DNA of 64,000 nucleotides from Sedimentisphaerales bacterium. Lineage in GTDB: Bacteria > Planctomycetota > Phycisphaerae > Sedimentisphaerales > Anaerobacaceae. The position numbers and the translations under genes are program-made. This document shows, piece by piece, positions 29,744 through 39,245 of the stretch. The stretch is from assembly GCA_963708075.1 (NCBI GenBank), contig OY970194.1, positions 608,001 to 672,000 of the forward strand. The letters run 5' to 3'. Under the pieces are notes generated by a model, which was not told the origin of the DNA, made no database searches, and saw nothing but the letters and a program-made list of their open reading frames with translations. The first letter of the stretch is position 1, and every line of letters begins with the position of its first letter.

Positions 29744-32629
29744 CTATCGCCAATCAAACGTTCTCTGCCAAGCTTCCTTCAGAATCTCGATATTCGCGTC
29801 CACGATGTTCCTGCCCTGTCCGGACCGGATGACCAGTTTGGATTCAGTGGTCACTTCGCCGAGCTGTCCAAAGGGCAGGTTCAGCATCCGTTTGGCGAAC
29901 GTGTCGTAGTTCTCGGGAGTGACCTCCACGATGTACCGGCAGTTCGATTCACTGAACAACTGGGCGTCGGTACGAGAGCAGTCGCTGCTCATGGGAAGGC
30001 CTCGCAGGTCCGCCTCAATGCCCAGTCCGCCCGCAAACGCCATCTCGGCCAAGGCCACGGCGAGGCCGCCCTCGGAACAATCGTGGCAACTCGCGACAAG
30101 TCCCTCGGCGATAGCGGCCGCGAGCCGCTGGGCGATCCGGGGCGCCAGACTCAGGTCGAGCCTCGGCACATTGGCGCCGAGCTGGCCGTGGACCTTGTAG
30201 TAGTGCGAGCCGCCAAGCTCATTGTGCGTCCGGCCCACGACGAAGAGAAGGTTGCCGGGTCTCTTAGCATCCATCGTCACGCACTTTTCAACGTCATCCA
30301 CGAGCGACATGGCGCTGATCAGCAGGGTGGGAGGGATGCGGATCACCGTGCCGTCCTCGCAGACGAACTCATTATTCAGGGAGTCCTTGCCTGAGATGAA
30401 GGGGGCCTGAAAGGCCATGGCGCCGTCGTAGCAGGCCTGGGCCGCCCGCACGAGGGTGCCTAAGACCTCGGGGTCGGTGCACTTGGCCCAACAGAAGTTG
30501 TCGAGCAATGCGATGCGATCCATCCGGCCGCCGACGCAGATCAGGTTGCGGATGGCTTCATCGATTCCCGCGAGAGCCATCCAATACGGATCGATGTCGC
30601 CGTACAGCGGGTTCATGCCGCAACTGATGGCCAGCCCGCGCCGCGAATCGATTTTCGGCAGGATCACGGCGGCATCGCTCGGGCCATCGTTGGCCACACC
30701 CACCAGCGGCTTGATGACCGAGCCGCCCTGGACCTCATGGTCGTACTGGCGGATCACCCACTCTTTGCTGGCGACGTTGTAAGAGGACAGGATCTTCAAC
30801 AGATCATCGTTGTAGTTGTCCTTCTCCGGCAGACTCGGCTCGCCGAGCACTTGCCGCTGCCATACGGCCTGCCGGCTGTACTTGGGGACTCCCTCGTGGA
30901 GGAATTCCATGTCCATCTCGCCCACCTGTTGCCCGTTGTACCGCAGGCGAAGCTGCTTGTCGTTCGTGAACCGGCCGATGACGGTGGACTCGACGTTCTC
31001 GCTGGCAAAAATCTCCTGGATCGCTTCGAGATTCTCGGGTTTGACGGCGATCACCATGCGTTCCTGGGCCTCGCTGATCCAGATTTCCGTGTAGTTGAGT
31101 CCGGTGTACTTGAGCGGGACTTTCTCCAGGTCCACCTCGGCGCCGAGGTCCTGGCCCATCTCTCCGACGGCGCTGCTGAGCCCGCCTGCGCCGCAGTCCG
31201 TGATCGCCTCGTACAGGCCGGTCTGATTCGCCTGGACGAGCACGTCCAGCATTTTCTTTTCGGTGATTGCGTTGCCGATCTGGACGGCGTGCGAGAAGAT
31301 CGTCTCGTACTCGTGGGTCATCTGGCCGCTGGAGAAGGTCGCGCCGTGGATTCCATCACGGCCGGTCCGTCCGCCGACCACCACGATCAGGTTGCCGCTC
31401 TGCGGGTGCTTGAAGGCCTTGGTTTTGTCCATGATGCCGATGTTGCCGCAGTACACCAGCGGATTGGCCATGTACCGGTCGTCGAAGTAGATCGCCCCGT
31501 TGACCGTCGGGATGCCCATGCGGTTGCCGTAGTCACGCACGCCGGAGACCACACCCTTCATGATTCGCCGCGGGTGCAGCACACCCTTGGGAATCTCGTC
31601 GAGGCTCTTGTCGGGCTCGCCGAAGCAGAAGATATCGGTGTTGGCGATTGGCCGGGCGCCCATGCCTGTCCCCATCGGGTCGCGAATGACGCCGCCGATG
31701 CCCGTCGCAGAGCCGCCATACGGATCGAGCGCCGAGGGGTGATTGTGGGTCTCCACCTTGAAGCACACGGCGGAATCGTCGTCGAACTCCACGACGCCGG
31801 CGTTATCGGCAAAGACCGAGATGCACCACGGCTTATTGAGCTCCTGCGTGGCCTTGAACACCGTCTCCTTGAGCAGATTGTTGAAGTGGATCTGCTCGCC
31901 ATTGGTCGTCATGTCCACCGCGCTCTTGAGCGTCTTGTGGACACAGTGCTCGCTCCAGGTCTGTGCCAGTGACTCCAGCTCGATATCGGTCGGCTCCCTG
32001 CCGATCTTCCGATAGTACTCCTGAATCGTCTTCATCTCGACAAGATTCAGAAAGAGGTCCTTGTCCTTGCTGAGCGTCTCCAGCCCGGCGTCGTCGAGGT
32101 CGCGAATGGGCCAGGTGGTGATATTCAGCTCGTACGGCTTCAAGTGGGGGCTTGGCGGCTCGGCCTCATCGCCGATCACCACGTCCTCAATGACGTCGTT
32201 GGCCAGGATCTTCCTGGCGACGGTGTCGATCTGGCTGGCCTTGATGTCGCCCAGGAGGACGTACTTGCGGGCCGTACGCACCCCGGCCGGCGCGGCGCCC
32301 ATATCCGCAATCGCCGCCATCACCGACTCGGCGACCGGGTCGGTGACGCCGCTCTTGAGGTGCACTTCGACCAGCGTTGCCTTGGCCAATCCCGGCGGCG
32401 GGCCGCTTCGCCCGATGTGATATTCCTCACAGACGGGATCCGCCAGGAGTTCTTTTGCGACGCGCTCCGCAAAGCTCTGGTCGAAATCGGCTTCGATCAG
32501 AAAGACCCTGGCCGACTGGACTACTTCGATGGAGGTGATGCCTAACTCGCGAATATCTTCCAGCACATTGTTGCCCTGTACATCCGGTACGCCGGGCCGG
32601 CTGAAAACCTCAACACGCCATTGTCTCAC
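29744..32629 (-). CDS. purL: FGAM synthase synthetase subunit with N-terminal PurS-like domains
   Basis: QTWSEHC, KVETHNHPS, GGRTGRDGIHGA, DCGAGGL, SEAQERM, QYDHEVQ, SGKDSLNN, HDCSEGG. Confidence 0.95.
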   Translation of the reverse strand: MRQWRVEVFSRPGVPDVQGNNVLEDIRELGITSIEVVQSARVFLIEADFDQSFAERVAKELLADPVCEEYHIGRSGPPPGLAKATLVEVHLKSGVTDPVAESVMAAIADMGAAPAGVRTARKYVLLGDIKASQIDTVARKILANDVIEDVVIGDEAEPPSPHLKPYELNITTWPIRDLDDAGLETLSKDKDLFLNLVEMKTIQEYYRKIGREPTDIELESLAQTWSEHCVHKTLKSAVDMTTNGEQIHFNNLLKETVFKATQELNKPWCISVFADNAGVVEFDDDSAVCFKVETHNHPSALDPYGGSATGIGGVIRDPMGTGMGARPIANTDIFCFGEPDKSLDEIPKGVLHPRRIMKGVVSGVRDYGNRMGIPTVNGAIYFDDRYMANPLVYCGNIGIMDKTKAFKHPQSGNLIVVVGGRTGRDGIHGATFSSGQMTHEYETIFSHAVQIGNAITEKKMLDVLVQANQTGLYEAITDCGAGGLSSAVGEMGQDLGAEVDLEKVPLKYTGLNYTEIWISEAQERMVIAVKPENLEAIQEIFASENVESTVIGRFTNDKQLRLRYNGQQVGEMDMEFLHEGVPKYSRQAVWQRQVLGEPSLPEKDNYNDDLLKILSSYNVASKEWVIRQYDHEVQGGSVIKPLVGVANDGPSDAAVILPKIDSRRGLAISCGMNPLYGDIDPYWMALAGIDEAIRNLICVGGRMDRIALLDNFCWAKCTDPEVLGTLVRAAQACYDGAMAFQAPFISGKDSLNNEFVCEDGTVIRIPPTLLISAMSLVDDVEKCVTMDAKRPGNLLFVVGRTHNELGGSHYYKVHGQLGANVPRLDLSLAPRIAQRLAAAIAEGLVASCHDCSEGGLAVALAEMAFAGGLGIEADLRGLPMSSDCSRTDAQLFSESNCRYIVEVTPENYDTFAKRMLNLPFGQLGEVTTESKLVIRSGQGRNIVDANIEILKEAWQRTFDWR

Positions 32630-33501
32630 GAGAGTAGTTCCTTCCTTCGGATCTTGTACTTGACGAGTGCAGCTCGCTTCTCCTGGGCGGCCGCAAGCAG
32701 CCGTTCGATTTCCTCTCTTGCATTGCTTCGGATGGCCTTCTGCAGTCTCTCCAACTCGGCAATAGTCCGCTCTATTCCGCTGGCGATATTCTCGCTGTTG
32801 GCCATCAGCACGTCGGTCCAGACGGTGGGGGGGCCCGATGCAATCCGCGTGCTGTCGAGAAACCCCTTGCCGGCGAATTTCATGTCACCGTTATCGCTGG
32901 CATTGACGAGCCCCGCAGCTAATACGTGGGGCACATGGCTGATGTTGGCGAAGATCCGATCGTGTTCTACCGGGTCCATGACCTGAATAGAGCAGCCGAG
33001 GGCCGACCAGAAGGCCTTGAGCGGTTTGACCGCAGCGCGATCCGTCGTTTGCGTGGTGGTCAGGATACAGCGTGCCTGGTAGAACAGGTCATCCCTGGCA
33101 AACTCCACCCCTTTCTGCTCGGAGCCGGCCACAGGATGCGAGCCTACGTAGCGGGCCCGTTTGTCCAGTTGACGCTCGGCCCACTGGTGCGGCATGACCT
33201 TTGTAGAGCCTACGTCGGTGACGATGCAGCGGGGGCAAACGTGCTTTGCGATCTCGGCGAAGTACCCCTCGAATGTGAAAATCGGGGTCGCCAGGATCAC
33301 CAGGTCGGCAGTGCCAACGGCGGCCGCCAGATCATCAGCGATCTCGGTCCCGACGCCCAGATCTCTGGCTTTGGCCCGGGTCGAGGCCCGGTGGCTGTAG
33401 CCGATCACTCGTACGCCGGGCAGCCGCTGCCGTGCCGCCAGCGCAATCGAACCGCCCAGCAAACCTAACCCGACGACAGAGATATTTCGTAACTGTTGCA
33501 T
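32626..33501 (-). CDS. tyrA: Prephenate/arogenate dehydrogenase
   Basis: GLGLLGGS, TDVGSTK, GSHPVAGSE, HDRIFANISHVPH, DSTRIA. Confidence 0.92.
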   Translation of the reverse strand: MQQLRNISVVGLGLLGGSIALAARQRLPGVRVIGYSHRASTRAKARDLGVGTEIADDLAAAVGTADLVILATPIFTFEGYFAEIAKHVCPRCIVTDVGSTKVMPHQWAERQLDKRARYVGSHPVAGSEQKGVEFARDDLFYQARCILTTTQTTDRAAVKPLKAFWSALGCSIQVMDPVEHDRIFANISHVPHVLAAGLVNASDNGDMKFAGKGFLDSTRIASGPPTVWTDVLMANSENIASGIERTIAELERLQKAIRSNAREEIERLLAAAQEKRAALVKYKIRRKELLS

Positions 33502-33545
33502 TTACAAGGTCTTAGAGAGGAATATGGGCAATCAACCTGCCTGTT

Positions 33546-33574
33546 AAAGTAAGGCCCGAGCCCCTCGATGTCAA
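33546..33574 (-). promoter_or_regulatory. sigma70 promoter of tyrA-purL-purQ
   Basis: Minus strand TTGACA-17nt-TACTTT with an upstream A-tract. Confidence 0.65.
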
Positions 33575-33753
33575 TTTTTTTCTTGGATTTGCTGTGCTGA
33601 AATGGTAGCATCTGGCGATTGAAACGAGTGCCGATGGATACGGCGAAAGAGAGCCTGTCCCGCTTACCGCGTGGACAGTTTTTTTGTGAGCAGATAAGGG
33701 TCGATACGCAGGGTCCTGCGACATTCATTCGAACAGGATGATCCGACAGAGGT

Positions 33754-34821
33754 ATGGCGACCGAAGGCAACAGGCTGAACAATGGCGGCTATCTGGATTT
33801 CGAGCAGAAAGTAGCGCATCTGGAGCTGCAGATCGATGAACTCCGGGCGATAAGTGCCCGGAAGGGAATCGATTACTCTACGGAGATTCGCCGCATCGAG
33901 AAGGACCGGATCGCGGAACTGAAGCGTATCTACTCCAGCCTGACGGCCTGGCAGACGGTGCAAGTCGCTCGCCATCCCCAGAGACCTCTTCTTACAGATT
34001 ACCTGAACCTGATGGTGAAGGACTTTCGGGAACTGCACGGGGATCGCTGCTTCGGCGACGATCGCGCTATTCTCACCGGCATCGGCCAGATTGCCCGCAA
34101 CAGGGTGCTCATCATCGGGCAGAACAAGGGCAGGACCATCAAGGAGAAGGTGGCCTGCAACTTCGGTTGCCCGAATCCGGAGGGTTACCGCAAGGCACTG
34201 GCGAAGATGAAGTTCGCCGAGAAGTACGGCCTGCCCGTCGTAACGCTGATTGACACCCCCGGGGCCTATCCGGGCATCGGCGCCGAAGAACGCGGACAGG
34301 CCCAGGCGATCGCAGTCAATCTGGCGGAAATGTCGCGCCTGAGGGTGCCGATCCTGTGCATCTGTATTGGAGAGGGGGGCTCGGGCGGGGCGCTGGGCAT
34401 CGCTGTTGGGGATCGCCTGGCCATGCTGGAGTTCGCCTACTATTCCGTCATCTCCCCCGAGGGCTGCGCTGCCATTCTCTGGCGCGACGGCTCACAGGCC
34501 CCGGATGCGGCGGAGGCGCTCAAGCTGACCAGCAAAGACCTCCAGAAGCTCGGCCTTGTTGACGCTACTATCCCCGAACCTATCGGCGGCGCCCACCGCA
34601 ACGTGCACGATACCATCTACAATGTCGAAACGTATATTGCCAAGGCCCTGGCGGAACTGCAGCGAATGAGCATTGATGATCTGCTGGAGAGCCGGTATCG
34701 CAAGTGGCGCTCGGTTGGCGCCGGGTGCCTCACGAAGGGCCGTAAGAGTGTGAGTCAGCGAATCGCCAGTACAGGCCGGCCTGGAGCCTCTCGCCGCAGC
34801 TCTTCCGTGGCAAAGGTGTAA
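33754..34821 (+). CDS. accA: Acetyl-CoA carboxylase carboxyltransferase alpha
   Basis: ARHPQRP, ELHGDR, PEGYRKA, DTPGAYPG, GEGGSGGAL, SVISPEGC. Confidence 0.96.
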   Translation: MATEGNRLNNGGYLDFEQKVAHLELQIDELRAISARKGIDYSTEIRRIEKDRIAELKRIYSSLTAWQTVQVARHPQRPLLTDYLNLMVKDFRELHGDRCFGDDRAILTGIGQIARNRVLIIGQNKGRTIKEKVACNFGCPNPEGYRKALAKMKFAEKYGLPVVTLIDTPGAYPGIGAEERGQAQAIAVNLAEMSRLRVPILCICIGEGGSGGALGIAVGDRLAMLEFAYYSVISPEGCAAILWRDGSQAPDAAEALKLTSKDLQKLGLVDATIPEPIGGAHRNVHDTIYNVETYIAKALAELQRMSIDDLLESRYRKWRSVGAGCLTKGRKSVSQRIASTGRPGASRRSSSVAKV

Positions 34822-34898
34822 GTCCCTGTCAATTGCATAGTTGCGCGCGTTTGCTTCATTTCTGTACACCCCATGGAGCTTTCAATCGTGGAAAATGC

Positions 34899-34928
34899 TT
34901 GACCTGCGGCGGGGGGGTGCTGTATCCT
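34899..34928 (+). promoter_or_regulatory. Putative sigma70 promoter with a G7 tract in the spacer
   Basis: TTGACC-18nt-TATCCT. Confidence 0.45.
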
Positions 34929-35053
34929 GCCCAGTGGCCGAAGGAGATACCAGAACGAGGGTGCTGGTTTGCCTTGAGCCGGCCGGTTCGGAAACCGGCG
35001 AATGATTCGTCAGGTCATGGTTTGGCTCGGCCAAATCGGAAAGGAGGAGCGGA

Positions 35054-35611
35054 ATGATGAAGGGTAAAGGTACGGCCGGATGGATGGTGGTGGTGAGCGG
35101 TTTCCTGCTTCTCGGCGGCTGCGGTGGAGCGGGCAGCAGCAAGACCGACCTCAACAGCCAGGTCCAGCAACTCAAGACCTCCCTCGATGCGACGAAGAAC
35201 GAGCGAGACCTTCTCCAGCAGGACGTAACGAAACTCAAGCAGGAGCTTGATAAGACGGATTCGGCGCTGGCCGATTCGACGCAGACCAATACCAAGCTCC
35301 AAGGGCAGCTTCAAGACCTTACGAAATCCCGGGACGAGCTGTCGGCGAAGGTCGAGGAGCTTGGCACCGCCCGAAGCGATCTACAGAAGCGAGTGGACGA
35401 ATTGACGACGTCGTGCGGCACACTGGAGAAACAGGTTACGGCCCTGACGAAGGCACGTGATGCGGCTCGCGCAGATGCGGCCACCGCCCAGACCAGGATC
35501 GACCAGCTCACCGAGAAACTCAAGAGCCAGACGCAGCAGATGGTCGAGTTGCAGGACCAGATGGCGTCCATCCGTTCGGTGTTGCAGCAGCTTCAGCAGA
35601 AGCTTGAATAG
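35054..35611 (+). CDS. Coiled-coil lipoprotein, unknown function
   Basis: AAGGAGG SD, LLLGGC lipobox, about 150 aa of uninterrupted heptad repeats. Confidence 0.75.
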   Translation: MMKGKGTAGWMVVVSGFLLLGGCGGAGSSKTDLNSQVQQLKTSLDATKNERDLLQQDVTKLKQELDKTDSALADSTQTNTKLQGQLQDLTKSRDELSAKVEELGTARSDLQKRVDELTTSCGTLEKQVTALTKARDAARADAATAQTRIDQLTEKLKSQTQQMVELQDQMASIRSVLQQLQQKLE

Positions 35612-35712
35612 ACTGACGTGCCTGTTCCACGAGGCGATTCCGGCTCGATCAGGTCGCACGCAGGCTCTTCACGGGAATGACAGTGGGGGTCGTGGTATGG
35701 GGCTCTGAGGGC

Positions 35713-36180
35713 TTATCCGTTCTTCACTTCGCGCGGATCTCGCCCTTCCTCGATCGCTGTGATCTTATTGACGCGCCGTTGATGGCGTCCGCCGCTGAAT
35801 TCGGTGCTGATCCAGGCTTCCACGGTCTTGCGCAGCAGCACCTCTCCGATCTGGTCGCCTGAAAGGCACAGAATATTCGTATCGTTATGATCGCGCGCGA
35901 TCTTTGCGCTCAGCTCATCGTGGCACAAGGCAGCCCGAATCCCCTTGACTTTGTTGGCCGCGATGCTCATGCCCAACCCGGTGGCACAAATGAGAATCGC
36001 CCGGTCCACCTGCTTGGCGGAAACCGCCTTGGCAACCACAAACGCCAGGTCCGGGTAGTCCACGGGGCTTGTTCCGTCCGTCCCGAAGTCAACGCACTCA
36101 TGTCCCATCTGGACGATCAGGGCCTTGACCACCTGTTTCGCATCGAATCCTCGATGATCACTTCCGACTGCTACCTTCAT
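35713..36180 (-). CDS. rpiB: Ribose 5-phosphate isomerase B
   Basis: GSDHRG, VDYPD, CATGLGMSIAANKV, HNDTN, GGRHQRRV. Confidence 0.95.
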   Translation of the reverse strand: MKVAVGSDHRGFDAKQVVKALIVQMGHECVDFGTDGTSPVDYPDLAFVVAKAVSAKQVDRAILICATGLGMSIAANKVKGIRAALCHDELSAKIARDHNDTNILCLSGDQIGEVLLRKTVEAWISTEFSGGRHQRRVNKITAIEEGRDPREVKNG

Positions 36181-37294
36181 AATACCAGCTCACGAACTCT
36201 TGCTTTGACGGCGTCCTCAATGAGACTCGCACAATCGTCAAAATACTCCTGAGGCCGCCCGATTGGATCCGGGATCTCGTGATCCCCCGCCAGCAACGAA
36301 CACTTGCTCTCCGCTTCCGGCGAAAGAAAGATGGCATATTCACAATGGGAACGGGCCATGCCAAATATGCGATCGCTCGTTTCCACAAGCGACCGAGTTA
36401 ACCGCCGGCTCCTGTGGTCGGCGAGATCCACTCCTTTGGGTTCACACGCCAAGACGGCCTCGGTGCTGGCCGGCATGCCAGCCATATCCATCGTGCCTGC
36501 GGAAAACACCTTATACCCGAACTGGTCAAGCTCGTCAATGCCGCAGCCGATTTTTTCCGCGAGGTGCTTGCGGAAGAGCCCCTCGGCCATCGGGCTGCGA
36601 CAGGTGTTGCCCGTGCAGAGGAACAGGAAGACTACCTGCGACATAGCCTGCAACTGCTCCTGGGAATAGATGCCCTCGCGAAGCACCTCGACGCCCCGCG
36701 CCGACGGCAGCGACCGTGCTGCTCGTGCCGTACTTGCAGGGACCGCCGTCCAGAATCACATCGACGCGGTCAGACAGCTGGGAAACGACCTGATCGGCAT
36801 TGACGGCCGGTTCCTGTCCGGAGAGATTGGCGCTTGGGGCAACGGCCGGACCGTTCACTGATCGCAGCAGCAATGATGCCACGGGATGATCGGGGCAGCG
36901 AATCCCGATGGAGTTGTTCCTGTAGAGCACCTCAACGGCGTCGGTGTCGAGCCAGTTCTTCCTGTCCACTATATCCGACGGCTCCAGCGTGAACACGAGT
37001 GTCAAAGGCCCCGGCCATGCCTGCCGGGCGAGTTTCTCGGCGCAGACCGGTGTGGGGAACGTACCGGTGGTATTCCTCGACCTGTCCGATGTGCAGCGTG
37101 TAGTGCTTATCTGCGCCTCTGCCTTTGACCTCGTTGAGCCGTGCAAGTGAGTCTGATTTCGCACGGCAGGCAATCCCGTACACAGTCTCCGTAGGAAAAG
37201 CCACCAGGCCACCTGCATCAATAACAGTCGCCGCCTCCCTGATGCGGTCCAAATCTCCCGGCTGGCCATGGATTGTGATGATTTTGGCTGTCAT
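36177..37294 (-). CDS. tsaC: TsaC/YrdC threonylcarbamoyl-AMP synthase fused to an LMW (arginine-type) protein phosphatase; two frameshifts (~37043, ~36695)
   Basis: Three overlapping frames give PTETVYG / WPGPLT..GIRCP..APSANLSG..SSTV / VLREG..CTGNTCRSPMAE..IPDPIG. Confidence 0.8.
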
Positions 37295-37300
37295 AACCTC

Positions 37301-37329
37301 ACAATACACAAACTGGGGGGACGCTGCAA
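37301..37329 (-). promoter_or_regulatory. sigma70 promoter, probable leaderless transcript for tsaC
   Basis: TTGCAG-17nt-TATTGT; ATG begins 7 nt after the -10 box. Confidence 0.45.
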
Positions 37330-37620
37330 GTCAGTTAGAGATTTGGCGAGTATTCCGGTTGGCGAATCATTGGTTCGGTGGCGGTATGCAAGGCTGCTCA
37401 TGCGATTGACCGACCTCCTCCTGCGTCCGATATAACTGCCGGACGGTGCAGCTTTTCAGGCGAAGGGAGAAAATCAGCGGTCATAGGTGGGAATCGGCCC
37501 ATAAAAGCGAAGCGCATGCGTGTGCCACGGGAGGGGCTCGAAAAATCTCGGATGGGTGAGAATATTCCGGTCCCGCATGTTAAGCCACCCATCGTGTCCG
37601 TGCCGATACTCGCACTGCAT

Positions 37621-37671
37621 AGGAGATCGCAAAAGGAGATCGCAAAAGGAGATCGCAAAAGGAGATGCAAA
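37621..37671 (+). repeat. 13-bp tandem repeat AGGAGATCGCAAA x3 plus one degenerate copy
   Basis: Read directly; the last copy provides the SD of the PilZ gene. Confidence 0.9.
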
Positions 37672-37673
37672 CT

Positions 37674-37988
37674 ATGGAGACAGTAGTAGAGCAACGCAGG
37701 GAACAACGGACGGATCTCGTGTGGCCGGTCAGTGTATGGCTGCCGGAAGCTGGACGCTTCTTCAATGGCCGCAGCGCCAACATCAGCAGGACTGGCGTCT
37801 TTATCACCGTTCCGATCACCATGCCCGTTCGGGCGGGCAGTATCGTGGAACTGAACTTCCCTCGAACCGATACGCTGGCCAGTGAGAAGGGGCAATACGC
37901 CCGCATTAAGAAAGGCCGTGTCGTTCGAGTGGACCGCCAGAGAACACTTCACGATGCCAGTATAGGATTGGGCATCGCGTTCGAATAG
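37674..37988 (+). CDS. Stand-alone PilZ domain protein (c-di-GMP receptor)
   Basis: EQRREQR (RxxxR) and NISRTG (D/NxSxxG); GRVVRV; GLGIAF. Confidence 0.88.
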   Translation: METVVEQRREQRTDLVWPVSVWLPEAGRFFNGRSANISRTGVFITVPITMPVRAGSIVELNFPRTDTLASEKGQYARIKKGRVVRVDRQRTLHDASIGLGIAFE

Positions 37989-38068
37989 CTCTCGCTCGGT
38001 CCCGACGGCTCCAGCCGTGATGGTCCGAGTGGGAACACAATGCTCGCACAGGGGCAATGAAAAAGCGC

Positions 38069-38100
38069 AAGGTTGACGGCCTCGGAAGGCCGTCAACCTT
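38069..38100. terminator. Hairpin between convergent genes (likely bidirectional terminator)
   Basis: Perfect 14-bp stem AAGGTTGACGGCCT-CGGA-AGGCCGTCAACCTT. Confidence 0.7.
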
Positions 38101-38166
38101 TGTCATTTCCGGGCCACACCGATCTTGCACAGGCACGCTCTGCGGTTCCACCACAGCCACAGTCGT

Positions 38167-38787
38167 TCACAACAACTCCACGCACACAGGCTCCTCGGGG
38201 ACCGGCTCCTCGCTGCCGGCGAGCTCGCGTCCCAGCCGGAAGGCTTCCGCCAGGGCCTCCGGACGCTTCAGTACCGCACCCTTTTCGTCCACCTGGCTGA
38301 CGAACAGGCTGCTTGCATGGCTCACTTCGAGGTAGTCGAAGAAGGATTCCGTCGGACGGCGCACGCAATCGAATTGCCGCTTGCTCCCGGACCCTCCTGC
38401 CGCGATGATCATCCCTCGCCGGTCGCGCTTCGGCTCGAAGAGAGGCTTGCCCAGCACGGTCTTCCGTATCCAGAGGCATTGGCCCCGGTCGATCAGGAGC
38501 TTGGCTTGTGCGCATACGGTCATGAAGAACACGGGCGTGGCAAAGATGAGCCGGTCTGCCGCGAGCAACTTCTGCTGGATCTGATTGTAGTCGTCGCTTA
38601 TCTCGCAGGAGCCGGTCGTGTAACAGGCGTAACATTCGCTGCATCCGTCAAGCTTGTAGTCGCAAAGCCGCAGGTATTCGGTCTCTGAGCCTGCATACTC
38701 GGCCCCGAGAAGGGCTCGCCGAAGCAGCAGGTCGGTGTTGCCGTTCGGTCGCGGGCTCGTGGAAATCCCGAGAGTTTTCAAGGCCAT
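38167..38787 (-). CDS. Flavodoxin-family iron-sulfur flavoprotein (NADPH-dependent FMN reductase fold)
   Basis: STSPRPNGNT, CSECYAC...C, ATPVFF, KLLIDR. Confidence 0.88.
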   Translation of the reverse strand: MALKTLGISTSPRPNGNTDLLLRRALLGAEYAGSETEYLRLCDYKLDGCSECYACYTTGSCEISDDYNQIQQKLLAADRLIFATPVFFMTVCAQAKLLIDRGQCLWIRKTVLGKPLFEPKRDRRGMIIAAGGSGSKRQFDCVRRPTESFFDYLEVSHASSLFVSQVDEKGAVLKRPEALAEAFRLGRELAGSEEPVPEEPVCVELL

Positions 38788-38856
38788 GATGCTTCCCCCC
38801 TGACATAATATCTGAATAGCAGTTGCGCCACCATCTGCCGGAGGCAGGCGCACATC

Positions 38857-39093
38857 TCAGACTATAAATACCAGAAACAGCAGCAGGATGCCAAGGGCTG
38901 CCCCGCTGAGTGTAATACGCAGCCATCTGGTGTACCGTGCGTATCCCGGATGCTGATCCTCAGACTCATAATAGTAGTCGTCCAGTTCGGAGTCGTCCTG
39001 CGGGCGCAAACGGGCTCGCACGTAGACATGTGCGGCCACCGACAGCAGAAACAGAAGACCACCGGCTATATATAGAACCTTCAGCACGATCAT
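38857..39093 (-). CDS. Small two-TM membrane protein
   Basis: Two hydrophobic helices flanking an acidic loop (ELDDYYYESEDQHP). Confidence 0.65.
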   Translation of the reverse strand: MIVLKVLYIAGGLLFLLSVAAHVYVRARLRPQDDSELDDYYYESEDQHPGYARYTRWLRITLSGAALGILLLFLVFIV

Positions 39094-39158
39094 ACGACCT
39101 CATGATAGACTCTTCTCGCTCCGGATGGAAGCCGGAATTGGCACGCGGGATTCAACCG

Positions 39159-39187
39159 TTGACGAGCGGACACAGGTCAATTACCTT
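39159..39187 (+). promoter_or_regulatory. Putative sigma70 promoter of ltaE
   Basis: TTGACG-17nt-TACCTT. Confidence 0.5.
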
Positions 39188-39245
39188 AGGACGAGTGCAA
39201 ACGGCGACAGCCGCCGGCGAACTCCCTTCGAACAGGAAATGCAAG

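Noticed and set aside
37621..37671. Mini CRISPR array
   Set aside because: 13-bp units are directly adjacent with no spacers, and no cas genes are present
39139..39155. sigma54 promoter (TGGCACG)
   Set aside because: The -12 TTGC element is absent at the required spacing; a sigma70-like promoter fits better
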